DNA of 64,000 nucleotides from Lepidodermella squamata (Eukaryota; Animalia; Gastrotricha), in contig JBLDXI010000038.1 of NCBI GenBank assembly GCA_047495785.1, positions 372,001-436,000 of the forward strand, written 5' to 3'. The notes under the pieces were generated by a model. The model was not told the DNA's origin and did not search any database. It was given only the letters and a program-made list of their open reading frames with translations. Below, piece by piece: positions 48,399-62,223 of the stretch. Each line of letters opens with the position of its first letter. Within the stretch, counting starts at the first letter, position 1. A program made the position numbers and the translations under genes.

Positions 48399-51300
48399 TC
48401 AATGGTGATTGCACATAGCATCACAGCCGTGTTCGCTTCCTAGACCGCTGGTTCCAGCCACGTTGTCACTAAAAACGCTACCAGAGCCACCAGAACCGGC
48501 ATTGGCAGCGATGCGGAGTGCTAGCCTGGCGCGCAGGGACTCGTTGGCCTGTTCGTGGTGGCGAACCTGGTTTCGCAGGGCTTCAATCGTGGCTTCGAGG
48601 TCAGCGCGTACATTGGCCGGCAGCATTTCTCCGAGCCGCGCTTCGGCGTTCCAAGCCACCTCACGCAGCTTCTGCTCGTGCTGCACCTTGGCGAGGCGCA
48701 GTTCGCGTTGCAGCGAGTCACGTTCCATCTGAGCTGCGTTCAATTCGGTCTGAACGCGTTGCACCTCCGCAGACCACCGCCGCTCAGCGTCGACTGCATC
48801 ACGAGACCTCGCCTCCCGCATTTGACTCAGTTCATTACGCAGTGCTTGTAGTTCATTCTCACGCAATTCCCGAGCCTACGAAAATGTAAAAACTAGCTTA
48901 TTCAACGAACTGAAAACTCCGAAAATTAGACAAAATAAGGTTTTAAGGTAGATTTTTTTGCAATATTTCGCTAATTTTCGTATGAAATTGAGGGGCCATT
49001 AAAGCCCGCCTTCTTAGTTATGGAACAAAATTTAGAAGTGCTAGAGTATGGCATTTCTAGACAAGCCAAGTCATTAAAACATACCCCGTTTTCAGCCATC
49101 ATGCGATCGTCCAGTTGTTGAACCAATTTCTTTCGCTCGCCCGACCACTGTTCGATCGCCGCAGCCATTTCCGAGTCATGCGCCCGGACCATTTCAATGC
49201 GCTGTTGCTCCCAAGCTTCGCGAAGTTCTCGCCTGGCTTCAGCGGCCGCTTGTTCTATCAACCGAGACGTTCGACTCTTCCACTCCGCCTCGCTGTTCGC
49301 CTTATCAGCCTCGGCCTGTTGCACGCGGTTGCTCAAATCGCGAATGCGACGATCGGTTTCCGAGCGAAGTTCGTTCAACGCGCTGTCTCGCTCGTGGATT
49401 CCAGACTCGCGAATAATTGCCAACTCAGCCGCATGGGCTCGTACCAAATCTTCGATCTGCTGCTCGTGTTCTTTGCGCATTTGCTCCCCAGCTGACTTCA
49501 ACTCGTCACGCTCCTGGGTCACTTTCGCCATGTCACGTTTCACCTTATTGAGCTCTTTATCCAACTCAGTAAATTGCGCCCGACTCTCAGTCAGCGCTTT
49601 TAGAGTTGTTTGTTCAATATGAGTACGGAATTCCTCGATCTGCCGTTCACTTCTCGCAGCTTCGGACCGGCAACGGTCGACAACGGCGACTAATTCGCTG
49701 TCCCGCTCGCCCAGCTCGATTTCGAGCCGAGTTATTTTTTTCTCAGCCGAAGCTCGCTCTGACTCATACTCTTGCGTTATCTCGGCGATTCGCATTTCGT
49801 ACTGGTCTTGAACGGATTTCAACTCAAACACTCGCCTTTGGTCGAATTCGGCCAACTCCCGCTGTCTTTCTACCTGCGATTCGTGAAGAACCTGTCTCAG
49901 GTCATCAATAGCCGATTCAACAGCTCGTTTTTCACTTTCGTGCCTGTCAGCAACACGTTCTAGTTCCTGTCGCAGCAAATCTTCAGTTTCAGCCGATTTA
50001 GTTTGAAGATCGGCTAACTGCTCCTCGTATTTCTTCACCGAAGCGTAATGGCTGTCCTGAAGTTCGCTGAACTTCGCGCGAATCAAGTCAAGTTGCTGTT
50101 CATTTTCCTGCAACTGGGCCTGCATTGCAGCACAACGCTGCTCGAGGTCGGCTTTTTGCGTGGACAATGTTGCATTCGTCGCACTCAGCTCTTTCACGCT
50201 CTCTTCAAGCCGTTGTACCATATGAGCAGCGGTTGTATACTGCTCCCTGTAGTCGTTTTCGACGCGTTGAAGCCGCGCCTGCGTGTCGTCTAGCAGTTGC
50301 TGGATGCAGGTGGCCTGCTGCTTCTGCAAAACATTCCGCTCGGCAGCTGCCTGAGCCATCGCATGTTCGATCTGTATGATACAGCTTATGAATTAACAAT
50401 TGCTACAATAAAAACAAAAACAACACTCACCGCCCGGTCGCATTCCGCTTGTTTGGCCTCCATGGCTTCGAGCATAACGCTGCGTACCGCCTCGACATCG
50501 GCCCGCTTTTCGCGCCTCACGTCGTCGAGTTCCGCGGCCGCATTTGCCACTGTGTCACGAAGATGCAATTAATGAGCGATTTCGCGCTCTGAATAAATCA
50601 TGAACAACTTACGCCGATCACGGAGTTTGTCGCGCTCGCTTTCCAGCGCGCCCAGTTTCGACCGATAATATGCACGCAACTCCTCGGCCTCGCTGTTCTT
50701 TTTGTCGAGTAGCTTTCAAGGCAATTAAATACAATGTATTATTGATGAAATAGGTATCGAATTAACACTCACTCGTTTTATTTCAAGGTCATGTTTCGCC
50801 TCGATTTTAGTCCGCTGGTCAAACATCGAATCTCGAAAAGGCAACTAAACAATAGCATAAACAACGAGTTGCTCATTTTCATAAATACTTTACTTTCTCA
50901 TTCTCCTCGGTAGCGTCATCTGCTGGTATTGAAATAATCGGCAGGTGAATTTTGGGGTTTTCTATCTAAAATTACTCACATGACTCAGCACACTCTTCAA
51001 AATTTCGATCCCGCTTTTGCTGGCCGTTTACATAAGTGAGCACCTTGAATCGTTCGAATACGTTAAAATGGTAACAATGGTGAGATGATAAAAAACCTTA
51101 TTTGGCGAAATATTGATTGTGGACGGCTGACTTTCAAGGTCATCCCACTGACTCTGTTGAATGAAACGAGCCGGGCCTAGGCCTTGTTGCGGCCCAGTCA
51201 GGCTGTTACGACCCGGTGTGCGTTGCTGTGGCTGCAATGGCTGTTGTATTTGCGGCACATTACGCTGGGGCGAGGTTTTTCGAGGTGAAGGACGCTTTCC

Positions 51301-51960
51301 TACGACATTGTTCGCTTTCGAAACAGGGATGGCCACCGACACTGATGACATCGAGCAATTGTCGGTTCGCGGTGTTTGTTGAAATTTACTGCCGATATGA
51401 ACAGACGAATATAAACTGCCATTCATGCTGCGCATATCGTCGATGCCTCCCACATCGTCCAGCCATTGAGGAATGGACGAGCCCTCATTCAACTGTGTGG
51501 CGCGCAAAGGTCATTTATGAAATCGCTAGAGCGTGTAACATACCGCCATCTTTGCAGTGGAGTCGGCAAGAGTTGGATGGTAATCAGGCAATGGAGGCAG
51601 CTGTCCAGCAGGAGGACTTTCGAGGAATGGTTCTCTCACGTTTTGGGTGCGCAGCATTGAGAGCAAAAGTGAAGCATATAAATTTCTGGTTTTGCTGTAT
51701 AAAAACAAAGGAAATTATTGGATATACATAGCTCGAGGATACAACTGACGCATAGCTGAAGTCTGATGTTTTTTCGTGCAGCTTTCTGATCCAAAGCGAT
51801 ATTCTGGTTTTGACTTTATAAAATGATAAATGAAATATACAAACAGCAGAAAAACATATTTCAACTTACATTGTTCGTCAGAAATTTGAAGGTAAAATGG
51901 TTGGATTTCTTCGACAGTGCGCTCGAATTCTCGAGCTAAAGGTATCAGATCACTCGTCAT
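48399..51960 (-). CDS. CEP112: Centrosomal protein CEP112-like (N-terminal DUF4485 + long coiled coil)
   Basis: 'EFERTVEEIQPFYLQI..RISLWIRKL..TRNLYASLLLSML..EPFLESPPAGQLPPLP' matches CEP112 N-terminus; coiled-coil exons; C-terminal 'LPANVRADLEATIEALRNQV'. Confidence 0.85.
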
Positions 51961-54032
51961 AAGACTTCACTAAAAAGTACAACCATGAAATACAGCTCGA
52001 AAGAAAAGTTACCAAGGAGTTGGTGTGCAGATTGCTAATGCTATCGGATCAGATAAACACAGAGATCACTTACGGCCATGTCGATTTTACACGTGACATA
52101 ATTAATAAACTCTCATTTAAGACGACGCAAAAACTACTCAACACGACGCACAGGACGGTTTGAGCGCTCAACTTGATTTTTATGCCGGCGATTCGACAAT
52201 TGAGGCACCAGAAAATTCATTTATACATATCATTGAGTTTTATCTTGATATCAGTAACTGTATTCATATGCCAGCCAGTAAAAAAACTGGCACAATGGCA
52301 ATCCTAAAATACTCAAGCGCCAAGCGCTCAAGTGTGAATAAACAGCGAGTGTCGTCATGTGACATGACGTAAAATGAAATATTTCTCAAACCAACGTTGA
52401 AAGCCGACTTCATATCAAGTATTTGGAAATTCTTCGGTCTGTAAAAATCCAAGGTAATCAAGCTTATAGGACGCATTAGTATCAAAATAACTTCTCTCAC
52501 TTAACAAAGCTCGAAAAACGCCATCACATCATGCAATATATCATCAAGTAGTAATAGATTTTCCATAATTACAAAATCGGAGTCATATCAGCCATCGGTC
52601 ATGCTATGGGACTAAAATGAGCGATCGATGGCATTTAAGCATTGTTCTGGTTGCGGCCTCATTGAAAATTGGAATAGAAAAGTAAACGGTAACCGAGGTC
52701 AATTCAAAACTTGCTCAGGTTGTGTACTGTCAGTCATATCGCCTGAGCTTCGCCAACGCATAATATGATGCATAAGACATAAGAAATAAGATGCTAGGAG
52801 TACAACGGGCGCAAATTGTTATGTCTCAAGTCGAGCCCCGAGGAAGGAGGTAATGCTGGGTGCTGTCTCCAAGCGGTGAAGAAATACTCCCACCCTATTA
52901 TGCTTTCAACAGTTTATCTATGGGAATTTTCGAGTTTTAGAAGATCTGAACGATGGCGATACATCGAAAGCTGAGATGACAAGCTTGATTGTAGAATTTC
53001 GACGCCATCAGAAAATACAATAATGCTCGGGTATCGAGTATCGGGTAGGGTAAGATACCGGCTAAGCCGGCGCCGCTAGCGAGCCGGAAGATTGAGATCG
53101 AAAGTCGCATCGCATCAGTCAGATACCGGAAGCTAAAGAGCGCCGAGAAGCGAAACCATTCGATCGCACTTCCAGGTGCCAAAAAAGATAGCGAACTTGA
53201 AGATGAAACTTTTGAAATGCGCGGCAGATGAGGTAACAAATTACGTAATCAACAAATTATCGAAATGAATGTTTTTATTAATATCTACCTTACTCATTAT
53301 ATATTTATCATATTTCGGTCACGGGAAACGCTCACGTTGGCGATGAAAAAGCGCGGGTAAAAGAATCGTTCCGATGGTCCGCGCGCCATGCATACTTGGA
53401 AGTTTCTAGTTTCTAGTCCGTTGTTTCGACCGTCGATCCCTTTTGTTGGGAAACTCGTTCATACATTGCCAAGTTTTATCGCGGTATCTTAGCTGTTATT
53501 GCGTAAAAATGACTTTTGTGGCGTTTTGGAGTCTCATTATGCCTTACCTATGCTGCATTTTGTTCCTTGTTGGCGTGAAATTAGGTTTTTGTCGAATTGA
53601 ATTCAGAGCTACACTGATCTGTTTTCTTTCAATCCGTATTTTATTATATGTTTCTAAATTTTATAACCGATACAAATCAGAAGTCATTATCAGTAAATAT
53701 TGTTTGGAAACGATGAGACCCTATTAAGGTTTCAAGAATTGAAGGATTCATTGCGGAAAGGTTGTTGACAACTTTTGACACTTACCGGACTCGCATATTG
53801 CGGTTGAATTACGAAATTCTTCACATTTTAGAGCTGTAGAATTCTAATGAATTTTCTTAAGACTTGAATGCTGAATTGAGTCTCTAATTTAAAAGGGCGC
53901 GGGCAAGGACCTAATAACTTATGCGTTATGCGTTGCTCTTTAGTTTAGTATAAATGAACGAACACTTTTTCAATGAAAATGATGGAAATAATCTGTTTCT
54001 GCTAGTTGTTTAATTCTTAATAGATTTAGTCG

Positions 54033-54968
54033 ATGGCTCAAGCAACTGGCGATGCAATGCCGACCTTCAAGGTTCAAACTGTTCAATTTTTGAATTTACG
54101 AAATAATTTATATATTCTGCATAGCTTGTGCTTGTCGGTGATGGAGGTGTTGGCAAGACGACTTTTGTTAAACGCCATCTTACTGGCGAATTCGAGAAGA
54201 AATATATCGGTATGATATCATAATCTAGATCTCATTATTTTAATTTTGATTTTCAATTGCAGCTACTCTTGGTGTCGAAGTTCATCCTTTGAAATTCATG
54301 ACCAATAGAGGGCCGATTTGTTTCAACGTATGGGATACGGCTGGCCAAGAAAAGTTTGGTGGTTTACGCGACGGATATTACATTCAAGGACAGTGCGCCA
54401 TCGTTATGTTCGATGTGACTAGCCGTGTCACGTACAAGAACGTACCGAATTGGTATCGAGATCTTATTCGCGTTTGCGACAACATTCCAATTGTTTTGGT
54501 CGGCAATAAAGTTGACGTGAAAGATCGTAAAGTGAAAGCGAAAGTAATCACTTTCCACAGGAAGAAGAATATTCAGGTTTGGAATTTACTAACTTCTTTT
54601 GTTTCTATTTCAATGTGATGAAAAAATCGCGTTAGCTAGCATGACCAAAATGATTCCAAAATTGTCCCTCTAATCTGATTATTGAATAAGACCCATATAG
54701 CGCCAATTCGATTATTTTGTTAAAAGTACTAAAATACTTTTTGAACTTTTAGTACTATGACATTTCGGCGAAGTCGAACTACAACTTCGAGAAGCCTTTC
54801 CTGTACCTGGCACGCAAGTTGACGGGAGATCCCAATCTCGAGTTCGCCGAGGCTCCTGCCATTGCCCCGCCTGAAGTTACCATTGATGCCGAGGTCATTA
54901 AAGATTATGAACAGCAGCTGGCTGCAGCTGAAGCTGCTCAACTTCCCGATGACGACGAGGATCTCTGA
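54033..54968 (+). CDS. RAN: Ran GTPase
   Basis: [63 protein letters not shown], acidic tail LPDDDEDL; 5 exons. Confidence 0.98.
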
Positions 54969-57516
54969 ATATCCCGGTGCCCACCTGGTATCTTTCTGCA
55001 TTAGTTTGAAATTCTTCATCGGCACTGTACGATGTTGACAGTCGTGGCAGAAGCTCCCTGCTCTAATTGATACACATTGATTGATGTAGTATTCAAGCAG
55101 CTTGTGTGCAACTAGTAAATAGTTTGAACTCGTGCTGCGTTCGTTTTTTATTGCTCTAGTTTCATCGCACACAGCCTCTGATAAAATAAAATATGTAGTC
55201 GCGACTGTCATTACATTTTTCGCTTGATGGAACTTTTGAAAGAGAGATAAGACATCACTTACGATTGACCGATGAAAGTGAAACTGATTGATAAACTGAG
55301 GTAATCGGAATTGAATTTGACACTCAGCTCAGATTACAGCAAAATATTAATCACGTGATAGTGAATTTTCCATAAAACGCGCACGGTTTATTTTGCACTG
55401 ACGTGGCGGGATTCACGTTTGACTGCCAAATACAATGAAAGTGACGGAAAACAACTCCCACATAGTCGGTAAGACAAATTCATGACATATCTCTTTCGTA
55501 CAGTGCTATCTGCCGGTGTAACATGGATCTCTAGCACCCGTTGCAAGCGACAGAAAATAACATTGTTGATAGCATTTTACACATCTAGGCTGGCCTTTCC
55601 TTGGGCTATCCAACGGTACCCCACTCGCGGGGTATTTACCTTACCATCTTTGAATTTTGGTACGTCAAAGTGAGGTAAAGTGGGTAAAGTCACCCCAGCT
55701 GACGGTAACTTACTAGGTGCGACAACTAATGAGGTGCTCCGGTATTGGTAATAGCACCAAATCACGAAAGACGAAAAGGACCTTCGCCATACTAGAGAAA
55801 TATTGTTGATAGGGAAAGATTTCAAAAAATACCGTACACTCTCTGGGTTTGAAGGAGGGAAATCATTTTCTTTCCATTTTTCTGCAGAAATGTCCCACAA
55901 CCGTCGCAGTGTATCTCTATAATAAGTTCCAATCACTTATTATTTACGTGCGCTTGTATCCTGTTGTTGTCCATTGGTTTCAACAAACACATTCCGCGTC
56001 ATTTTTGTCACAAAAATGCACAACGATGACTGGCTAATTGCCGGCCACTCATGAAAGCAAATATTTCCTGCAACTATAAAAGTATACAAGTATAACGAGG
56101 AATTTTTTCAAAATAAACTATTATCGCAAATCACAGCCCATGATGGCAAGTTTTCATTCGATATGGAAACCAACTTTTGATGCCTATAACTAATTCAACA
56201 TTGTTTCTCTTGTATTTAAGCAATTTATGCGTAAAAGATCAAGACGTAATTGATATCGTTCTGCACCCTATCTGCAAAAACTTGACCGAAGCTTCCTCCT
56301 TTTTAGTTGTAAAGCGGCTAAAACTGCTAGAGTTTTTCGAGTCAAGAAGAATCTCGTGCAAGCCGTTTATTAACGGCAAAGCGGAAAAATGCAGCCGAAT
56401 GAAGCGTCAGGCTGACGGATTGCTATGTGACTGTCACATCTTTTTTTCTATCAGAGCTCACGATGCGTTACCACTGTAAACAATACTTGTTCGACATGAT
56501 CGGATTAGGCTTAGCGGGCTAAATCTAAAGCCGTGCTCGACGGCTCGGCACCATGCGCGCGCAAAATAGCCGCGTGGTGACACTACCAGCTCAAAGAGGC
56601 GCCGAAGTCACGACCTGCGCTCTCATCCCCGCCTGAGCTAACCACGAATACAGCAGCGCGCTTTGAGGCAGGTATTAATCCTACTCTCTTCCGCTTTAGG
56701 TATCACTGGTATTATTGTTAATAATATTACGAACCCGAAGCTCAATACTCATTCAGGTATATACAGCAGTAGAAAGCTATACGACCGGGCACTTGCCGTC
56801 GAATGAGCGAGGGTTATAATGTGGCTAAAGCTGGGCTCAAGCGGTGCCGCTAAATGGTTGGCCGCCAACGGGTCGATACTTTGGACAAACAAAACAGCGC
56901 ACACAAGTGGAGCCGAGAATTATTGAAAAACGCACGGCCTAGAAACGCTGCCGGCACGGCAACGCGCGACGCAGTGCCAACAGCGATGAACTTGCGCCAA
57001 CGTAGTATAATGTATGCAAATTAGCGCGCAATTTCCGCGCCGCTTCTGATTGGCCAGAAGGCCGCTATGGCGCTGCGTGCGCACCTCTCGACGCGCATAG
57101 CGTACTAAACGCCGATAATAGAGCAATTAAAGGCCTTTCACTTCGAGAATGAAACATCTCGACCAGCTTCAACGCCAGCTGAAACACTTGGCATGTTTGT
57201 TTATACCAAAACATCAACGTGTCAGGTTTTAAATAATCCGCGGCCATTTCACACGCTCATCATCATTAGCACCCGTTTTTCGAGGAGCAACGATTTTTTA
57301 AACGATTTTCACCCATAAGAGGGCTTATTTACGTCTGAATTCTTACTCTGTGTGTTCTTGTATTGTTTACCAAAAAAGTCTAGCCTATCGACAGGCGAGA
57401 CATCACCGTAGTTACCATGGTGGCACTATCGATAATATATATTGCAAAATACTAGATTATTAGCTATTAATATGACGGTATTCACATTTACCTAAAAAGC
57501 AGCTCAAGTCATCAAC

Positions 57517-60500
57517 ATGTCCTGCCGAAATTTAGTTGCCGGACTTGCGCTTTTCAGTCTTATTGCTGGCCTATCAAAAGCCGCAGCTGTCAGCCTGCCC
57601 GCTGATTTTCTCAATTTACTCCTCCTGCAACGTGGCCAGCAACCCTCTGACCCATGTTACGATGAATTCGACAAGCCTAAATACTGCCGACCTGATTTTG
57701 TAAGTCTTCCGATTTTGAATCATTTCGTTTGCAAATTTCGTAATTTTCATTTTGGTAGGTTAATGCAGCGTTAGGTCGGAGTGCTGTGGCCTCATCTGAA
57801 TGTGGTAAGCAATCGCGAGGTCCCGAAACTTTTTGCCGGTTGTCAACGCCGCAATCAGGCCGCGCCTCACCCGTCGACTTCGTAAACGAGAAGCTCGACC
57901 GAGCCGGCGAGAATCACGTTTCGTCCGCGCCAAGTGACACCCACTCGTCGATCAGCCGCTCGTGCTACCTGTGTGACGAGCGGCATCCCCGAACGAGCCA
58001 TTCGGCTGACTTGGTGACAGACGTCAACGATCCGCGAAACGCGTCGTGCTGGGTGTCATCGTTGCTGCCGTACAGCGGCGGCGCGAATAACTCGGCGCCG
58101 GGTGGAAACGTGACGCTGACACTGTCGCTTGGCAAGCGTTTCGAAATCACGTACGTCAGCGTCACCTTCTGCCAGGAAGAGCCAACCGCTTTTGCGATAT
58201 GGAAGTCGGACGACTACGGCGTTACATGGACACCGTTCCGAATGTACGCACGGGATTGCCGCAGTTCCTACAACGTCGTGCCAGGCGAGGCTATGAACAT
58301 ACCCGGCGCCGCGAGAACGGCCACCTCGACAACTACAACAACCACACAGCCTCCGTTCGTATCAGGGCGTCATAGTCGTCGCCAAGCACGTCGCATGTCA
58401 AGCCCACCAAGTGAAGACGATGGCGAAGCTGATTTTTCAACGCATACACCTGGCCTTGCGCCGACTTGCATCGAAGAATACGGATCGACATCGGGAGGCG
58501 GAGCTTTACCTCCTCTGCCAGGTGGCCGTGCTGGAGTCTCGCTCTCAGAATCACGGGTGGTATTTCCAACATTGGAACTAGCTCCACCAAGTGTTTCCCT
58601 AGATGATCTGGACACTTCACCGGAATTACAGGTACAGAAATATCCGAAACAAGCTTTTACAAGGTCTCATCGAAGTAAAAAAAGCTGTAATATTTTCTTC
58701 GAGCTGACTCCTTCTTCGCCCCGTCTACTTTTATGGTTCTGTTCAATTCAAAGTTTTTTATTTATTCATTTTAGAGTTGGGTTAGTGCGACCGATCTTCG
58801 GATTGAGTTCTCGCGGTTGCCTGCGCACTATTCCGCGGCGTCAATCGCCGAGACGCGATACTTTTCCGTTGCGGACTTGGCCGTTGGAGGCCGTTGCAAG
58901 TGCAATGGACACTCTTCGCGCTGCAGCGCTGTGCCGGGTTCTTCTCGCCTGCAGTGCGAGTGCCGGCATAACACCCAGGGCGAAGATTGCGGCCAATGTA
59001 AACCTTTCTTTGTCGATCGTCCGTGGAGACGCGCGACAGCCGACGAGCCCAACGAATGCATCGGTGAGTTTATACCTAATAAGCTTAATTTCGGATTAAT
59101 TTTGCAACGTCCATTGATTGAAATTTTTAATTATTACAGCTTGTAACTGCAATCTGCACGCTAGGCAGTGTCGCTTTAACGAAGAATTGGTGCGTTTATT
59201 AACATTATCCCTTTGGACCAAATTCAATATATTCCCATTGTTCAGTTTCAACTCAGCGGGCAAAAGTCTGGAGGTGTTTGCGTCGGTTGCCGCCATAACA
59301 CGTAAGAGATTTCGTCGGTATAATCCAGGCGTTATTGAACAAATCTTTTCCCACTCAAATCAGAGCCGGGCGCAACTGCCAATACTGCCGCGAGGGCTTT
59401 TTCCGCGATCACACGAAACCGATAACCCACCGGCGCGCCTGCAAAGGTACGGCTTTCAGAGTTACGCCTCATTATTTTGCGGCGCGTTGTTTTGTCGCCT
59501 AATATCCGCCGCTGATGAATTAGCGATTGGGGGCTCGCGGCCAAGCAAAACTTTTTGGCATCAATAATTCAACCAGCTATTTCCTCCTATTTTTGGTTAA
59601 CGACTCCGGAAGCGCGCGGCGCCTGCGGCTGAAACTTTATATAAATTCGCGAATCATATGCGATTCTTGGTATCGTTAAGCTCAATTTAGCGCCGACTTG
59701 AAACTGCATTAGTCGATCTCTGATTTAGCCGGCGAGGACACGTGGCGTAAATATTGTTGTTGACACATCGCGGGCCTGCTCGATTTCAATGAATTGTTGT
59801 TGCGGCGCGGCCCAGAGCCGCCTCGGGGTCTTCCTTATTAATGGCGCGGCCTCAATTAAACATTAACGAGCCATCGAAGGCGCCGCAGGTCGCTGTGCCA
59901 TGCTGGCTCCGACCCGGCTACTGTTGTTTCAACAGGCTAATGCTGTTATTTTGTTGTTGTTGCTCGCTCGTGCTGCACCTGAGTGGCGCTGCGTCGCGCC
60001 TCTCGACAGCGCGCCCATGTTTGCGCAAGGCAGCTGCGCATTCCAAGATCGCCCCCATTGCATCAGCACCCATATTCGTCTCGCGCTTCGATTAGCTGCC
60101 TGACCCCGCGCTTGTGCGCTGATTGACTGTTAATTGAAGCTAATTGTCGTGTCTTGTGACAGTTTGTGAGTGCCATCCCGTGGGATCGCTTGGCAAGACG
60201 TGCAACCAGACGACGGGTCAGTGCCCGTGCAAGGAGGGGGTCGAAGGCATTTCGTGTAGCCGCTGTGCCGCTGGCTACCAACAGACGAATAGCCCTGTTC
60301 AGCCGTGTGTCAGTGAGTGGAAAAACATGATAAAAAATTGCGATTATTAAATTTGACTTAAAACAACAGAGATCGTACAGCAACAAGTTCCAGACGTTTC
60401 CGACTATCAAGCTGGTATGATAAGCAACCGATAAGCAACCGATGAGCAATAATTTATTATTTGTAATAGATGATCCATACGTGGAATCACATCAGGTCGC

Positions 60501-61522
60501 TAGAACAGGCCACGGATACGCTGTAAAGCATCATCAACAGCGAGCCCATTCCACTGCCCCAACTTCGTGCGATGCGGTGTGCGGCACGAAGTCTTCATCA
60601 GTTCAAGCCGGGCCGCGACTGAGTTTTGCCAAGTGGTGCCAAGCTCATTTCGGTTAGTTTCAGCCATATTTCACAATATTCTAAAAACTTGAATCGATTT
60701 GCTTGCTTTTCAGCTGCTCTCATCCAGCTTGAAGATGGCGGCAGACTTCGGGTCGGGTCTTGGACGAGATTGACCGCTCGACTGTACCGTGTATTCGCCC
60801 GAAGCAACCAACATGATAACGGCAACGATATCGACCGTGAAGACGACGTCGACGGCGACGATGAAGAGGCTGACGACGAACCTATGGCATTGCCATCGGG
60901 TGACGAGATCAGCATCTGGGTTCAAACCCGCGTGCTCGACTGCAAGTGTATTCGACTGAAGGAAGGCAAAAAATGGCTGGTAACTGGCCGCCTTGGTCGT
61001 GCCATGGCCCCTGCGCCGTCTGGTGGCGGCCGGGCGGGTCGATCGGCTACACCCGTCGCGCAATTTATTCTAGATCCGGCAACGAGCGCTGTCGTGAGAT
61101 GGCGCCCCGAGTTGGAGACGCGGTTGAAGAAATTCGCGCGCATGGACAAGTCGGGCGCTTGTTCCGAAATTCAGGGCGCCACATCGACGCCTCCGCTGAC
61201 AACAGCGGTGACGGAGCCGGATGAGCCGCAGACTGATGAGGACAATCAAACTGATGAACCAGTCGTTGATGCTTCACAACACCAAGATGGCGACGACGAT
61301 TACTACGGCGACTCGCAAACGCCTCCTGCCCCTTCTGCCACCCAAAACAAGATCCATATCATGCCATCTGTAAGCAGGCGTTCCCCGGCTCAGGTCTACG
61401 ATGCAGCAACAGGTCGGCGCCATTTCTACCCAGCAGCCTCGTCATCTCGGCAACGTGTTCGATCTGCCCACTCAAATAATCAAAAACGGCGCGAGCGCCG
61501 ATTCGAAACGTCTAGGAACTGA
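57517..61522 (+). CDS. netrin: Netrin (signal peptide, LamNT, three laminin EGF, NTR/C345C)
   Basis: '[17 protein letters not shown]', '[18 protein letters not shown]', '[17 protein letters not shown]', '[13 protein letters not shown]', '[23 protein letters not shown]', NTR '[16 protein letters not shown]'; about 9 exons. Confidence 0.93.
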
Positions 61523-62223
61523 TCTCCTTCTCAATTTTCCCTATTTGCCGCTACCTCTGAAGCCACGGATAGACGCCAATCGTGATCGTGTCTGCAAATT
61601 CTTTTGTTTTGAAGCTTTTCGGGCAATGCTTTTCAGTGTGATCTGTAGTTTCGTGGTTTTTTGATATGTTGCCCGAGTAAGCAGCGTTTCAATTTTAGTC
61701 TCATAGCCAATTTGCCAAGTTGATTTTGTTTGTATAGAAAGACCTTGAGAATTGTTAACGCTCTCGTCGCGGCATCCCTTCAGTGACATTCCACATGATT
61801 ATGTGAAGACCAATAAAGAATCTCTTGATTGACATCTATCTCAGCAGACGAAGTCGTGAGTACTAGCTTCTGCAGGCAATAAGCTGTACATACAAATATT
61901 CTATTTATATTATTCGGAGCAATAAGAAACTTGTTACTTCTTATTACAGCAAGTAAATATTGCTTCTTCGTAACGATTATTGAGCGCTATATAAAATAAA
62001 GAAATTGCTAAAAGTTTGTGTCAACCGATTGGCTATCATTTTTTAGCTTCGTGCTTTTCAGTCACCAGCCCGCACAGGAACAGGCATGCAACAGCATAAT
62101 TAGCAGCGGTCATTGGTGAAACAATATTGAAAGTAACCCTAGTTGCCCAAGGTTAAATTTGAATCTATTCGGCTTTCCGGTTTCCGGTAACATTCGTCTT
62201 TAAATATCTCGTTTCAAAAGCTC

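Noticed and set aside
52937-53232. Protein-like plus-strand frame between CEP112 and Ran
   Set aside because: Several in-frame stops and no recognisable homology.
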